Positions 1 to 12,705 of a DNA stretch of 33,179 nucleotides are shown piece by piece. The position numbers and the translations under genes are program-made. Where the stretch lies: contig JAVEBF010000075.1 in NCBI GenBank assembly GCA_051941275.1, positions 1-33,179 of the forward strand, written 5' to 3'. Below the pieces are notes generated by a model. It saw only the letters and a list, made by a program, of their open reading frames with translations, was not told where the DNA came from and did no database searches. This stretch comes from Dirinaria sp. TL-2023a. Taxonomy: Eukaryota. Each line of letters starts with the position of its first letter. The stretch's first letter is position 1.

Positions 1-474
1 GACAGTTCCTACGCTTGTCAACCGGGAGGCCCAATGCGCGTCGGCGAGAAGCCTGGCTGGGATGGACTGAATAACAGTGTCGTTTTTACGTGGGGATTTG
101 TTGAAATGCTCATTTGGTTCTGGGTCAGTCTCAAATTCTGCTTTATCACACGGCCTATACCTTTAACGATTGATACGCAGATTTTCACCACTCTCAGAGA
201 GGAGCGCCAAGTACTGGCAACGCAGATTCAGGAACGAAGGAGTGCCGAAAACAACATGTTATAACAATCACTTCATTCTACCGCCCTGGATTGGCTTTCC
301 GCCTGAATTCCATTGTGCTGATTTCTTCCAAGCCTTTCATGCTAGTAATGCTGGGTATGGGACTGATCTTCTTCCAATAACGCCGCTATGCTTCATGTAC
401 CCTTGTCCCTGTATGTACCGCCGCTATGCAACGTCCCGTAACAGTGGCAAGGGCGATCAAGTAATGAATAAGAA

Positions 475-3400
475 TCAGGGGAGGTTGCCTACCTGATCGA
501 TCGCCTTCAAAATCCCCTCGGTCGCATCGACCCAGCTTTCTACGATGGCGGCGGCCTTGCTCTCCATGCCCCTCTGGCCAACCAAAGGCTCCAATGCTTT
601 GCCAATGGCATCCTGCTCCTCTCCAGATCCAAACAAACACAAATGAGCCAGATTTTTGGCTACATCTTGTTGGCGGAGTTTTTCCAGGTGCGATTGAACA
701 GACAGCTTCATTTGTGCAAGAAGACCTCGGATAATGTCGTCCAGACGGTGGCATCTTGCTTCAAGGAACGTCGTGTCTACACCTGGACTTATCTTGTTTG
801 CACTGACCAAGAATCGAGCAGCGGCTCGGCAGATTTGACAAAGATCTATAATAACGAAGTACCAATTGAAGTATGTCCAGTTCATGTGCAAGTCCAGAGC
901 CGAGGGGCCGTTCGAGTGCAACGTGCCATCTTTCAGGTCATCATGACGAAGTGTAAAGTATTTTTCGATGGTCGAGAAAATTTCCTGCATCGATCGCTCC
1001 CTGTCCTGGTTCTGGGGAGAGCGCAGGATATTGCCACGGAGGCTACACTGCTGCTGGAGTAGGCCGAGTATCCAGTAGGATCCACATTCGATCGTTGTCA
1101 TGTACTTGTAGACGTCGGAGTCACTCCCCAGCATGGAGAGGATTGCGCTCGCATTTATGCTCTCTTTGTTATGGAAATGATCCCATAGCCAGGCGGATTT
1201 CAAGGCGAGTAGTAACCATCGTTTCTGGCAGCAGTGGCAATCAGCTACGGCTAATCAAACTCGATAGCCCATGCGCACTCACGTCAAGCTTCTCCATTGT
1301 AAGTACGCAATTCCTGAATTCCTGACATTCCAGGCTCTGGATTGAGGATTCACAGTTTGGAAAGGCTGCAACGTCCATGTTGTCTTCTACTTCACCAGTC
1401 CATTTAACTGTAGTGTAGCCATCAATCACCAATTAGGATCGTAACAGGATCGGACTTACTAACCCAAAGTATCCGTATAATCCGGATTCCACGATGCACT
1501 TGTCAAGCGTTCAAGGCGTCGCAACTCACACCAAGTGAGAATTTTCGAGTACCCTTTCGCAAGCTTGTTTCCGAGCCCGAGCGCATCCAAAATCATATCA
1601 TATTGGCCTTTTTGTAGCATTTTTATAATAGATTCTTTGTTGATGCCCTCAGCCAGCTTGTGCCAATTCAGAGCATTCTTAAGAATCTCTGACGGGTCCA
1701 TGGCTATGGGTCTGTCCGATATAGAATGATGAACTGGATGTGGATGAAGCGTCGATAGCCGAGAGAACAGCATCCAAGAGAGTGTTGCATGCTGTATATT
1801 CTTGACGGAAAGCTGAGAGTAGCTGTCTATGGCCAATGACGTGGTTCCAAGAATTAGATACAGCCGGACTTGCCATGCTAAAGCATCGTAATTATGTTTT
1901 GAGCCAGTGAGGATGCAATTCAGGATGACACAACACCTTATCATGGCATAATTGTCCGCCAAGTCCTTATGCTCAAATATGTGAAACATGGCCATTGCGG
2001 CTAATGTAGCAACATCATCTCCGGGCCGCCGTTCGCTTACCGACCGTCCTAGACCGAGCTTCAAGGAGATTCTATAGAGTCGCAAAGCATTGCAGATGAA
2101 CGCTTCGAGTAGAGACCTTGCGTTGTAGTTAGGGTGTTTCGATACGTGAAGGAAGTAGTCCAGTTTCAACACGTTGATCTCTGCAGTGATCCAGCTAATG
2201 GCTTTCGACTTGAAAGGAATTTGTCAGCGATGGCAAAGCAACATAAGTCTGCAGAATCTCACTTCTGGCTCCTGGGGAAGGGGCTTAAGATTTCGAGCCT
2301 GCTCTGCCGACAGCTTAAGAAACTCCCATTGACGCGCCCTGCTGAGCCGGACAACATAAGGGCGAAGATCATGGAAACAGACTACCTTAGCTAAAAAGTC
2401 CTCGAAGTATTGAAGGCAAGCTAAAAGAAGTTTTGCTTGACTGTCAACGCCTTCTACCGGGTCCGAAGCGTAGAGTTGAAGCAGCGCCAAGCGGGCATTA
2501 CGTGAGGATGATGCGCACAACTGTATGATGCCTTCTGTGAGCGCAAAATTCCTGCAAGCATCAGCTCAGCTATAGTTTCAGCAGTCTTTAGTTCACCCAC
2601 ACTTTAGTACTGATATGGCTCGTCGCAGCTAGCAGCCCTGTCCAAACTTTCCAATCGTCACCAGCTCTACCAAATGCAAGGCTTTGAGGTTTGGATTGCT
2701 CTTGGTGTATCTTCGTGGAAGCATCTTCCAACAATGTGTTGCAGTAGTCCCAGAGTGCCTCCCACTGATCGCTCAGTTCCAGCAGTTCGATCTTTTGCCT
2801 CACAAGTGTCCACTGCTTCTTGCCGATTGGAGAATTGATTCCAATGCGACTGTCATCCAGCACTTCTAGAGCCTCTTTGTATTTATTCTGTGATCGATAG
2901 ATCCTCAATAGCAAAAGCAAGTCTTCCGAAGTATGGAGTGCTAAACCAATGCTAGTCGAATCCTATGAAGTTTAGTGACGTAGAAGCATTTACATTTGAA
3001 GACATGAGATTTCAAAAGAAGCTTACACCTGAGACAGCCCCGGCGGCGGCAGCTTTAGCAATAGTCTTAGAGCTGAGTTGCCCATATAGAGTCCGCTCTC
3101 GGTCCTCCAACGTAGGGAGACTTGATAGGATGTGGTTTGCGACGATGTACCAAAAATGGGAGTCTTGCCTCTTGGGAAAGGCGTTTCTATACAGCAGTGC
3201 TGCCTAGAGTCGTGTTCCTTGTAAGCTCCGTGAAATCGTACAGTGATATGGAAGGTCAAGGGTTTTGACCTTCTGCGCTCCGTTATAAGACCCTGTCGCC
3301 AACGCCGCTGCAAACCACCTTCTGTACAATTCTTCCTCGTTCGGCCGTGCTTTAGCTGCTCGTTCCCACAGAGATGTATATGGCCTGTCGGGTTCCCGTC

Positions 3401-3770
3401 TATACACTGCGAACTGTGTTATATACAGAAGCACTTCGATATCTGTGATTGGTGGATTTTTGTCGAGGAGTGCATCTAACTCCTTGCGGCCTTGTTCTCT
3501 GCGGTTCGGATCTGGGCATTCTAGGAGGACATGGGCCTTTGTTGCCTACGAGAAGTCTTCAGCCGATTCCATTCCAAAAAAGGTTTCTTCCAAACAGGGG
3601 GAGATTTCCGATAGATCAAGTCAAAGACCTACAAGTGCCTCATCGCTCTTGTCACCTTTCTTGATGCGCTTTTCGCAAGTACTGATGGCTTGTCTCCATA
3701 ACGAAGCGGCGACCAATCCTTCGAGCTGTTTGTCGTTACCACCTTTGTGCCTGAATGGTGGCCGAGCCAT
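475..3770 (-). CDS. MDM20: NatB N-terminal acetyltransferase non-catalytic (auxiliary) subunit, Mdm20/Naa25 family; multi-exon (about 8 exons)
   Basis: ATG at 3770 (MARPPFRHKGGNDKQLEGLVAASLWRQAISTCEKRIKKG). GT..AG introns at 3632-3546, 3269-3204 and 3026-2963 join the minus-strand ORFs in frame; further introns near 2600-2550, 2250-2195, 1465-1410 and 1283-1226 are approximate. Family-typical peptides include LWERAAKARP, 'GAQK|AALLYRNAFPK...FWYIV', 'YFEDFLAKVVCFHDLRPYV', 'RRPGDD', 'SKHNYD...LYLILG' and 'LSVKNIQHATL'. Stop TGA at 477-475. Confidence 0.85.
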
Positions 3771-4412
3771 GGCCTTGCACTCATAAATAATTCAGCCGGC
3801 AACACATCGTCCCAGGTAATGATAGATACTACATGCAGCGCAACGTTTATTCCGCAAGGTAAGATGCAATAACTAATGCCAACAGGTAGCAACTGAAAAG
3901 ACCTGGCAAGGCTGAGGGGCGGACGGCGAGTTGCTGCTTCCCCGTGAAGCTTGCTTGATCGTTGCCAAGCCAAGATCTACGAGGTTCTAACTTGGCCCAA
4001 AAGAGAAGCAAAAAGGGAGGAAATCCAGCTCCTACCCAGTAAACGTACGCTCATAATCGCTCTAGTGTTGCTGGTGCTACGGAGAAATCGATCGAATCAC
4101 AGTATGAGGATTTGGTCTGGCTGATGCCCCCTCAACATTGCCTCACCTGGATGTTCTCAACCTTGCCATTTGGCGACGAGCTAACCAGGCTTCTCTCAAT
4201 ATACTGTAAGAATTATTTTATGCGTGCGCCATTGTTTACCTCGGGATGCCATCCGAGCCGGCTTTCTAGGGGCATGTGGTCTCTTTTCAGACAATGACTC
4301 CGGTCGATGGCCAACATTTCCTATAGTCCCCGAAAATCATTCTTCAGCAACAGGTAAGTGGCCGTATTCGCTGCCTCAACGATTCGCTGTCACCATGCGA
4401 TGCCACGCTATG

Positions 4413-4904
4413 CTAGAACACCAGTTCGCCTGCCTTTCGCTTCGCTGCTTTGCGCTCCGTCGTCTATCTCATGGTCAACTTAAAAGACTTTTTGGATTTC
4501 ATATCTGTGCCCGCATACCCATTGCTTCTTGCAATCTCGATAAGCCCTAGAGTTGAAGAGCTTCGTCAGCTTGCTGTCCCGAGAGACGAATACCTGGTTG
4601 GTTGCGACCATCGCTGCAATGTGGTACAGGGTAGGGGGAGGCAGGGATACCAACGTACTGAAAGTAATCGGAGCACATGTCCCTATCGCCGTTGTTCCTG
4701 TGAAGGCATTTCCAACTGCGTGTGGCAGCTTCTTGACAGGGATCGAGGTATTCGCTGTTTCTCTTGCTGATCATGGTCAGCTGTGAAGGAGTGGGCAGGA
4801 TGACAATTGGGCGCTGCAACCAAGATAGTAGAAGAAGTAACATACCTTCCGAAGGCTTTTTCAGCCTTTGACCAAGCCGTGACTTCCGTGTCTGCTTTCA
4901 CCAT
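4413..4904 (-). CDS. COX23: Mitochondrial twin CX9C protein, cytochrome c oxidase assembly factor Cox23 (81 aa)
   Basis: Exons 4904-4846, 4766-4659, 4546-4519 and 4463-4413 splice in frame to [81 protein letters not shown]. It has two CX9C motifs plus the Cox23 signature 'S.Y.DPCQE' / 'YFQAYRDCKK.W'. Confidence 0.9.
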
Positions 4905-6284
4905 GGCATGTGCATACCTTACGATAAGAAGGAGCCTTAAAGTTAAGAGAGTGGTACCTTAATAATGTGAGGTCAAGTCAAGCGACCAGAGCAACGGCTA
5001 ATGGTTTTTGGGTCATGTAAGTAAGGGTAAAGGTACTGTAAGGTAGGTAAGGTAGGTACCTGAAAGTGGCACTGTTACCTTATCGATGAGGCACGGTACC
5101 TACTCGGACCTTACCGAGTACCGAGAGGAAATAGCCCTACCTTAACCCCTCGAGGCTCGAACCAAAGGAAGGAAGCTAATGTGCTTGGCGTGTCCGGGAA
5201 TTTGTCGATGCAGTTTATGCTTCGTCATTACTGGTAGGTACCTTGTTATTCCCAACTGGTCAGGCATTCCAACTGATAACTGGCTGTACGAAGCATGTAG
5301 TACTAGATGCTTGGAATTTCATCACTGTATCTGCAATTATCTGATCCCGATCCCGAGGCCTGCGTTATCGACAGATTGCATTATCAAGCGCTAACGGAAG
5401 GGGAAGGCTGTGATGGAAGAGAAGCAGTTGCATTTCCAAAAAGACGCGCCAAAATCTTCGTCTGATGCTGCCACTACCAGCCTGTCAACGACGCTGCGAG
5501 GTCTGCGCCTTGATCACTGGAGGTTATGACTTGTGTATCTTCACATCACCATGCTGCGACCAGGGTATTCAGGCTTGTTCGTGGCATCGCCACGACTGTG
5601 GTTAAGGCAGGGGTTCTGCGCGATAGATCTATATCCATTACCTACCAGAATCTTCGTAGCTGTCCCGATCAGGCAATAGAATCCAGAATCCAAGTCCGTC
5701 TCAAGCGCTTAGTAAGACTGGGTCCCACTACTCCTCCACACCTTTTGAACGCCACAGTCTAAAGCACCGTTTTTACTTATCTTACCTCGATCGATGCTGC
5801 AGGCAGCGTAAGAATTGCCTTTCCCCGGTCTCCTACCACTGCTCTTCCAGAATTAGTCCTCATAAGGATGCTGCCGATCTCATGTGTCAAGACACATACC
5901 GATGCAGCAGCCAGGCTATCGATGACCTGCAATGGTGCTTCGCAGGCTTGATTGTGGCACCCTGATCGACAGGTCCAAAGAAAAAAAGCCGTACGACCAA
6001 GCCAAAGCCGGTAAGAGAGTCCATGTACTCTTCCGTTGCGTCCCCTCTGGCGCTTCTGTATGCAAAGCCTAATCTATCAACTGCTTGAAGAATATCGGGC
6101 ATGAAGTGGCTTTTCGTTGTCAGACACTACTGCTCATCGGCCAGCATTGGAGGTCACGGTTCTCATACCAAACCTTCCCCTCCACACCTTATGGCTGGCA
6201 CAGTCACTGAGCCAGCGGGTCTTTCTTCAATATTGTGGATTCATAGGTTTTCCAGCCCCGGACGGTAACAGCTCAATCGAAGGA

Positions 6285-6290
6285 TATAAA
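6285..6290 (+). promoter_or_regulatory. Putative TATA box of the Fe2OG-like gene
   Basis: TATAAA about 330 nt upstream of the ATG at 6615, followed by a pyrimidine-rich leader and a probable 5'-UTR intron. Confidence 0.4.
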
Positions 6291-6482
6291 GAAGCTTGAA
6301 ATCACCGAACCAAGCAGTCCATTCGAGAGCTCCTCTGAAGGCCCACAAGATCTTACGTCGGCGCTACTAATATCTCATAATCCCTACGTCTGGCTTCCTG
6401 TCTCTGCTTTCTCAATTGTAATTTACGTCTGCACGAAAGGTGGTTTTCAAGGGTCTCTTCCCACTCCCATATTCTGGAGGTT

Positions 6483-6604
6483 GTATGCGCTATTGCGCAT
6501 CAGCTTCGATTAGCACTAGCCCAGACATCGTATATTCCTAATATTTGGCGAACAAGTACATGTTGAAAAATCATTTATACCCGAGTTCGACTAATGTCCA
6601 TCAG
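6483..6604 (+). other. Probable 5'-UTR intron of the Fe2OG-like gene
   Basis: GTATGC donor at 6483, GACTAAT branch site near 6589 and CAG acceptor at 6602-6604, 10 nt before the ATG. Confidence 0.55.
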
Positions 6605-6614
6605 TTAGTTAGCT

Positions 6615-8009
6615 ATGGCTACTGAGGTTCACCCTCCGATGGAGGCTATGCTGCCTACATGGATAGATGGAGTTTCCGCTGGACGGGCGGAGAACGCACT
6701 CGGTGCCGATGATTTTGATCCGGGCAAACACTTGGTAAGAATATTTCCTTCTGAATTCACATCTCGAATGCAAGAGGTCTACAGGAGCCTTCCGGAGGAG
6801 CACCGGCCCTTCATCTGCGACTCATATTTATCCATACGCATTAGGTATACTGACTCCGGGATGGTCCGACCAAGGCATTCAAACCGCCTTCAAAAGTCTA
6901 TACTATGAAAGAATTGAATTTCCCTGACGGTGCTGGAGTATCACCTGTGGCCGTCTCCGAACCTTTCTCCCTCTTCACTCAAGATGCCATTCAGCGGATG
7001 CGGGCAGAAATATTGAGCAGTAAAGTCTGGGAGAACTGCCAGTATTCCAGCAATCTAGCACAGTGCCAACTGCGAGGCTTTGCTTCCCAGTGAGTTCATA
7101 TGGATATTCTCTCACTGGGCAGGCGCTTAATGTCGAGATAGATATGCCCCGTTCGTCTACGATTCGTGGAAGAACCCTGAGGTACTCGCCATCATCTCGA
7201 ATATCGCAGGTGTCGATCTCGTGACTGCCATGGATTTTGAAATCGCGCATGTCAACATCTCCATGAAGTCGGAGAAGCAGAAAGTGGAAGAGCTTGAGGC
7301 TTTCATCGACAAGCGCCTTACGGAAGCCGACGAGGGCATTGCGGGATGCCCGTGGGAGGATGACAAGCCAATCGTCGATTGGCATACGGACGGCTATCCC
7401 TTTGTCTGCGTAACCATGTTGAGCGACTGCACCGACATGGCCGGTGGAGAGACGGCACTGCGCACAGGGTCTGGCGACATCCTGAAGGTGCGAGGGCCAC
7501 AGATGGTAAGACCTTTTTCTAAGTATTACCTCATCCATCGTTGACCCTGCTAGGGGTGTGCTGTTGTCCTGCAGGGCCGCTATATTGAGCATCAGGCGCT
7601 TCGCGCACTGGGGCAGACCGAGCGGATTTCTATGGTAACCTCCTTTCGACCTCGTAATTTCAGCTTGCCGGACGACACCGTCCTGACTACAATCCGCCCA
7701 ATTTCTGACCTGTCGGAGCTTTATTTCCAATTTAGCGAGTACCGTTTGGAAATACTTGAGGAGCGTATTCGGGATCAGCTTAGGGCTCTAAGAGAGACAA
7801 AACGGCTGGGGAGGAAATTAAATGTGAGGCGTTTCAAGAACTTCCTTTGGGAGCAAGGCGAGTTCCTTGCTCACATGAACAAAGAACTTGTTGAAGATCA
7901 GCTTGTCATCAAAGGCGAAATAGATGACAGCCATCTATTGAAGAGTACTGAAGCTCAAGACGGAAAGAAGAAGCGCAAGCAGATGGGGGATATTGAAATG
8001 AAGCTCTGA
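6615..8009 (+). CDS. Uncharacterised fungal Fe(II)/2-oxoglutarate dioxygenase-fold protein (384 aa)
   Basis: Introns 6735-6874, 7090-7141 and 7506-7553 give a continuous frame. It has an HxD..H facial triad (VDWHTDGYPFVCV ... GRYIEHQALRA), the GGET motif and a distal Arg (ERISMVTSFRP) typical of 2OG binding. Confidence 0.8.
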
Positions 8010-8879
8010 AAAGACTTCGGGGTCACTTGCACTCATTCTCGACACGATAGTTCATTGAGCTCGCATGACATAGGGTGGCGATCTGATTTTGGTGCTTGGG
8101 TTTCCAAACGCAAATCTCAACGTCGTATTTGACTGCGTGTATTCATTTACTCGTGACTCTAAGCACTCAAAGTAATCGATATGACTAGGTCAGGTGTTTG
8201 CGGCAGTTTTTAAGACAGCGCATCAGCTACACTGGCGAAATTAATGACCTACGCAGGAAGTGTGACCAATTGGTTAGGGCCTTGAACGCGTGCTTTAAAC
8301 AGCTGGCTCAGAATCAAACATTTAAGCTAACCGCAGTCGCCTTCATGGACGGTAAGATTGCGTGTTCAATCATTGAATCAGCCCTTGGATTGGCGAGGCG
8401 GCATGAATGCCGGTGTTGTTTCTTATCCTAGCTCAGGAGTGTCCAGAGGCCAGCTACATGTCTCTCCACTAGCCGAAGCATTGTGTTCTCTCCATGGAGA
8501 TGAATCGAAAATGATTTGTTTTGACGTCAGAGGGACTCACAATCATTAGGTCCATCAATTTCCTTTCAGCAGACTAAAATCGCCCGGAGATATCCGTCAG
8601 GATGGAGCTTCATTGACGCCTTGAGTGCTTTTACATGTGGCCCCATCTATGATTCCAAATTCCGGCTCATTTTTTGATGGCTCAAGGAGCCACTTCGTAT
8701 CACGGTGTACTAGCCTCCATCAAGGCTGACACTTGTTGGGACCTTCATCTACAAGGCAATTCTTATTCAACCTTATTGTGATTCAGATTTGCCCTTTGAC
8801 CTCCGGCTTTGCTTCTTCAAGATTCCACACCTCCTTCTTGGATCGCTGGAAGAATAACTATCATTTCTATCACGTTGAT

Positions 8880-9287
8880 ATGCCAGCTCCGGTAGTACCC
8901 ACCCACCATAGCATCAGAATGAGGCCGCGCCTCGACCTCAGCCTAGATGAACTCTTCAAGCTATGCCTGTACAGCATCTATCTCTCACCGAGCCCTACAG
9001 TAGTAGCTTCGGTACTCAATCAACGCCTCAAACCGGTCCCACGACTGACCACTAAAGATGTCATGGTCACTTATCTCCATCTCCATGACTGCGAGCACGA
9101 GAGCTGGGTGCGGGCAAGGGACATGAACAAGCTTGAAAAGGAACTTTTGCGCAACATATTGGCCCGGGAAGGAGTGGAGGCGGAGCTTCTAAATGTCGAT
9201 CTTATCCAGCCTGTGGGCCCTATCGGTTGCCTCGCCAGTCTGGATCTCAGGGAACAGGTGGAGGATTGCATAGGTCAAGATGGCTGA
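8880..9287 (+). CDS. Hypothetical small protein (135 aa), no recognised family
   Basis: Intronless ATG..TGA ORF with protein-like composition (helical C-terminus RDMNKLEKELLRNILAREGVEAELL), lying in a 2.1-kb gap between two genes. Confidence 0.5.
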   Translation: MPAPVVPTHHSIRMRPRLDLSLDELFKLCLYSIYLSPSPTVVASVLNQRLKPVPRLTTKDVMVTYLHLHDCEHESWVRARDMNKLEKELLRNILAREGVEAELLNVDLIQPVGPIGCLASLDLREQVEDCIGQDG

Positions 9288-10156
9288 ATCTTGTCGGACC
9301 TACAATGTATCTTGATGTATCTTACATGGGAAAACCGTGATGCTTTCTTTGACCTTTCTTCGAACGTTGCTGGAAAGGGGCTTCAACTAAGATAAACGAA
9401 GCATGAACGCGATCATGATAAAAGTTGAGAGGGTTGAAAATCTTCAATCTGGGACTCAAGTACACATTGTGATGCATTGCCCCAATCGTGACATTAAATA
9501 ATACCTACATGTACCTTAGCAATTCTTGACTTACGAAGGTACCGTAGACCCAAGGTACGATATGTGAGTGAAGGTACTCCGTAGAAGTCTATCGGAACAC
9601 TAAATGCGCCAAGCCTCACCCAACATATTCGAATTCATCTACCGCCCTCGAGCCGCCTTGGCTAATACAGTACAAAGCTTTCCAGGTTGATTTCATTTAC
9701 TTTAGTTGGGTTTCTTACCTAAGGAACCCTCGGACGCTACCTTAAGGTAGTGGCCTACCTTACTTAACAGAGCAAGGTGCCAAGGTACGACCGTACGAGG
9801 TAGGTACACACCTACAGTACATGACCTTACCTTGCCTTACTGAACTTCCCTTTTACTAGGCGCTCAAAGCATTTATTGCAAACTCCCTGCCAAACCTCTC
9901 CAATACTGCTCCACTGTTCAAGAGCAGTGCGTGGAAAGCTCTGTGGCCACCTTCAATACTCATCGCAGCGGTCCAAAGTGCTATTGTCTTCTATCAAGCA
10001 TCCCAGGCACAGAGGTCCTTCTAGGAGGCACCTCGGTCGTGTCTCCGGAGTCCTTCGACTTCCCACTCCATACCAGCAATGAGCTTCCTTGAGTAAACAA
10101 GCTAACGCATCATCCCTGCGTTCGTGTCCCTCCAGCATCGGCACGTAGAAATCGCC

Positions 10157-12238
10157 ATGGAACGCTCAGAAAGCATTCGTTATCCGGTCGACCAGAGTGG
10201 CTTACTACAAACACTCGAAAAGAGCCTCGATGACTTGAGGGCAATCGTCACCTGCCGCATCTGTATTCGCCCACTCTACGAACCGTATACAATTGCTTGT
10301 GGCCATACTTTCTGCTACGGTTGCCTACGACAATGGTTCGATCGTGATCCAAGGCGTAAAACCTGTCCAGATTGCCGTACCGTTGTTATACGTGAACCCG
10401 CTCCATCATACTTGGTAACAACCCCATTGGGTCCTTATTTTTGAGACTTCACACTAACCTCTACTTCATAGCTTCGGGATATAACTCAAATTTTCGTAAC
10501 GCGAGCTGAATTACTACCACCAGGCGAGAACACTGAGGACCACAGACGGCTTCAACAGCAGGATGCAAACGCCATCGAGCAAGACAAAGGTAGGGGAAGG
10601 GACTCTTCGGTAAGGCGAGGTCTATTTGGTGGACGCTTTCGTGGCACTCTCCCCCAACATGTGCCAGTGATCAGAGATGAGGAAGACGGTGTGGAACGCT
10701 GTCCACAATGCACTTGGGAGCTTGAAGAGGGTGCTTGCGAGAGGTGTGGATATGGAATGAGCGATGAAGATGATAGTTCCTTCATGGACGACGAACCGTT
10801 CCTCGAACAAGTCGTTGAGAGGGCTATGGCGGAGGGCGACTTGGATCTCTACCGCATGCCCGACGGCTATATTGACGACGACATCTCTTTAGATGACGTA
10901 AATGAGGGGCTGGACCGTGAACAACCGGATTTATATCCTTATGAAGCCTACTATGGAGGCCCTTACGGGGCTCCTGTTCCAACCAGGGCCCGACGCGCAC
11001 TGGAGAGAGTAGGGGCACGCCGTGTGGATAGGGAGCAAAATGGCTCAGTCCGTCGGTGGCCAAGGCTACCACCATCACTTTCTCCAGGAGATGATTTTGA
11101 CGATCATGAGGGGCGAGCGTTCGATACCGAGTCATATGACAGTGAAGATGATGAAGCAGGATCTTTGGATGATTTTATTGAAGATGACGCTCAGGGAAGG
11201 TCTGTTTCTCCTGCTGTTTCTTCGAGTTCTCATTATGAAACCGACAACGAAACTGCCACAGCATTAGGCTACGACACAAATGGTTCCAATGAAGGTTTCA
11301 GCCCTTTGCGTCATGATGATGATGCCCGTACCACAGAGTCGCTTAGAAACACACAAGATAGCTCAGAAGACGAAAGCGAAGCACTTGTACACAGCCGAAG
11401 CCGGAGACAGCGACATGTGCGTATTATATCCGACGACGACGACGACGACGATGATAACGATAGCCCTAATTCTAACAGTTTCGTCACGCATGACAGCCAC
11501 ATATCAGCACGAAATGGAGACGGCACATATCCACGGAATCTGGACGATCTTCCCCCACGGCTCGGATCACAAGCTGGAAGTTCAACGCAAGCTCCAATAG
11601 AGGTCGACAGTGATTCTGAACCTGTGCGAATGTCACGCACGCAGAGAAGAAGGCCCGTAGCGGTTCACCACAGCTCCGACGACGCTGCCATAAATCCAAG
11701 CCATCTCCCTCACAGCTCCGCCACCGTCCACCAACGGCATTTGAACGTCGATCAAGAGACAGCCCCTTCTGTCCCTCGAGGGTTCAGTCCGTCATTCCCT
11801 ATCGCGCTCGACTCAAGTCCAGCGCGAACAACATTGACTCAAGGCCGAGATAATTCTAACGCTCTTAGAAGCTCTACCCGTACAAATCACTCTCGACATC
11901 ATCGTTCTCGTGGCAGTGTTTCTGGTGGCTTTCAGCTTTCTTCAGACTCAGGGTCCTTAGATTCCGAGCCCGAAACCGAGCCCGAAACCGAGCCTCGACC
12001 CGCAACTCTAGAGGTAAGGTCTAGGGGTTCGCCGCCACAACGTCGTATCACACTGTCGTCACCCAGATCACACTTACCAGCTGATGGGGCTAGTCCGGCT
12101 GGTCGCGTACGATATCAAACGACCCCGGAACGAGCGTCCTCCAAGGCATTGAGGCGTTTGGCAAAGCGTCACCGGCGAAGAATGGTTCAGGAGCAAGCCA
12201 ACAACGTAACACAGAGTTCTGAGCAGACGGCTGTTTAA
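10157..12238 (+). CDS. PSH1: C3HC4 RING E3 ubiquitin ligase, Psh1-like (674 aa)
   Basis: RING motif CRIC..LYEPYTIACGHTFCYGCL.QWF...KTCPDCR. Intron 10415-10471 (CTAAC branch). A second zinc motif 'GLFGG...DEEDGVERCPQCTWELEEGACERCG' and an acidic 'SLDDFIEDD' tract match yeast Psh1 architecture, followed by a long disordered tail. Confidence 0.75.
11963..11994 (+). repeat. In-frame 12-bp tandem repeat (CCGAGCCCGAAA, about 2.6 copies) encoding EPETEPETEP
   Basis: ccgagcccgaaaccgagcccgaaaccgagcc is seen directly in the sequence. Confidence 0.8.
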
Positions 12239-12705
12239 AGATCTCAAGGATGGTTTGAGATCTTTGGGCGCAAAGGGTATCTTGGTCCTGCCCAAGATTT
12301 TGAACCAGACATTTGCTCTGATGACGGATGTTAGATGGACTTTGATCGTTTCCGGGCCACTTCATAGGAGTAGTACTAAACTTACTTCGTTCAGCGTGGC
12401 GCTTTGGGCACACATTCTCGTATGCTCATGGGGCTATCGATGGCAAGGAGCATATGCTAAGCAAAGTCAATGAGCATCGTCTAAGGCCGGGTTTTGCACC
12501 TCATCACTCGATGTCCAAAGGAGCAGTTCAATGCAGTAGCTCAACAGCTACTTTACTTCGCATGAGGTATTTGATGCTAAAGTATTCATCATCCGTAGCC
12601 CCATTAGTGCTTTTATTTCCGCCGCATCCGCCATCTAAAAATTTGTAATAACATGTCTCTAACTTGTCAATGATGGTGGTCACGATCAACGCGTGCCAAA
12701 GCTTT

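Noticed and set aside
5150..6300. Short ORFs (60-78 aa) or a possible telomerase RNA in the long intergenic region
   Set aside because: No recognisable protein motifs or coherent splice pattern, and no TAACCCTAA-type template was seen.
7998..8012. C-terminal -MKL as a peroxisomal PTS1 or a readthrough signal
   Set aside because: Met at position -3 is non-canonical for PTS1, and the stop context is TGA-AAA rather than TGA-CTA.
9845..9862. CCTTTTACTAG resembling U5 snRNA loop 1
   Set aside because: It lacks the invariant G of GCCUUUUAC, the closing stem and the Sm site.
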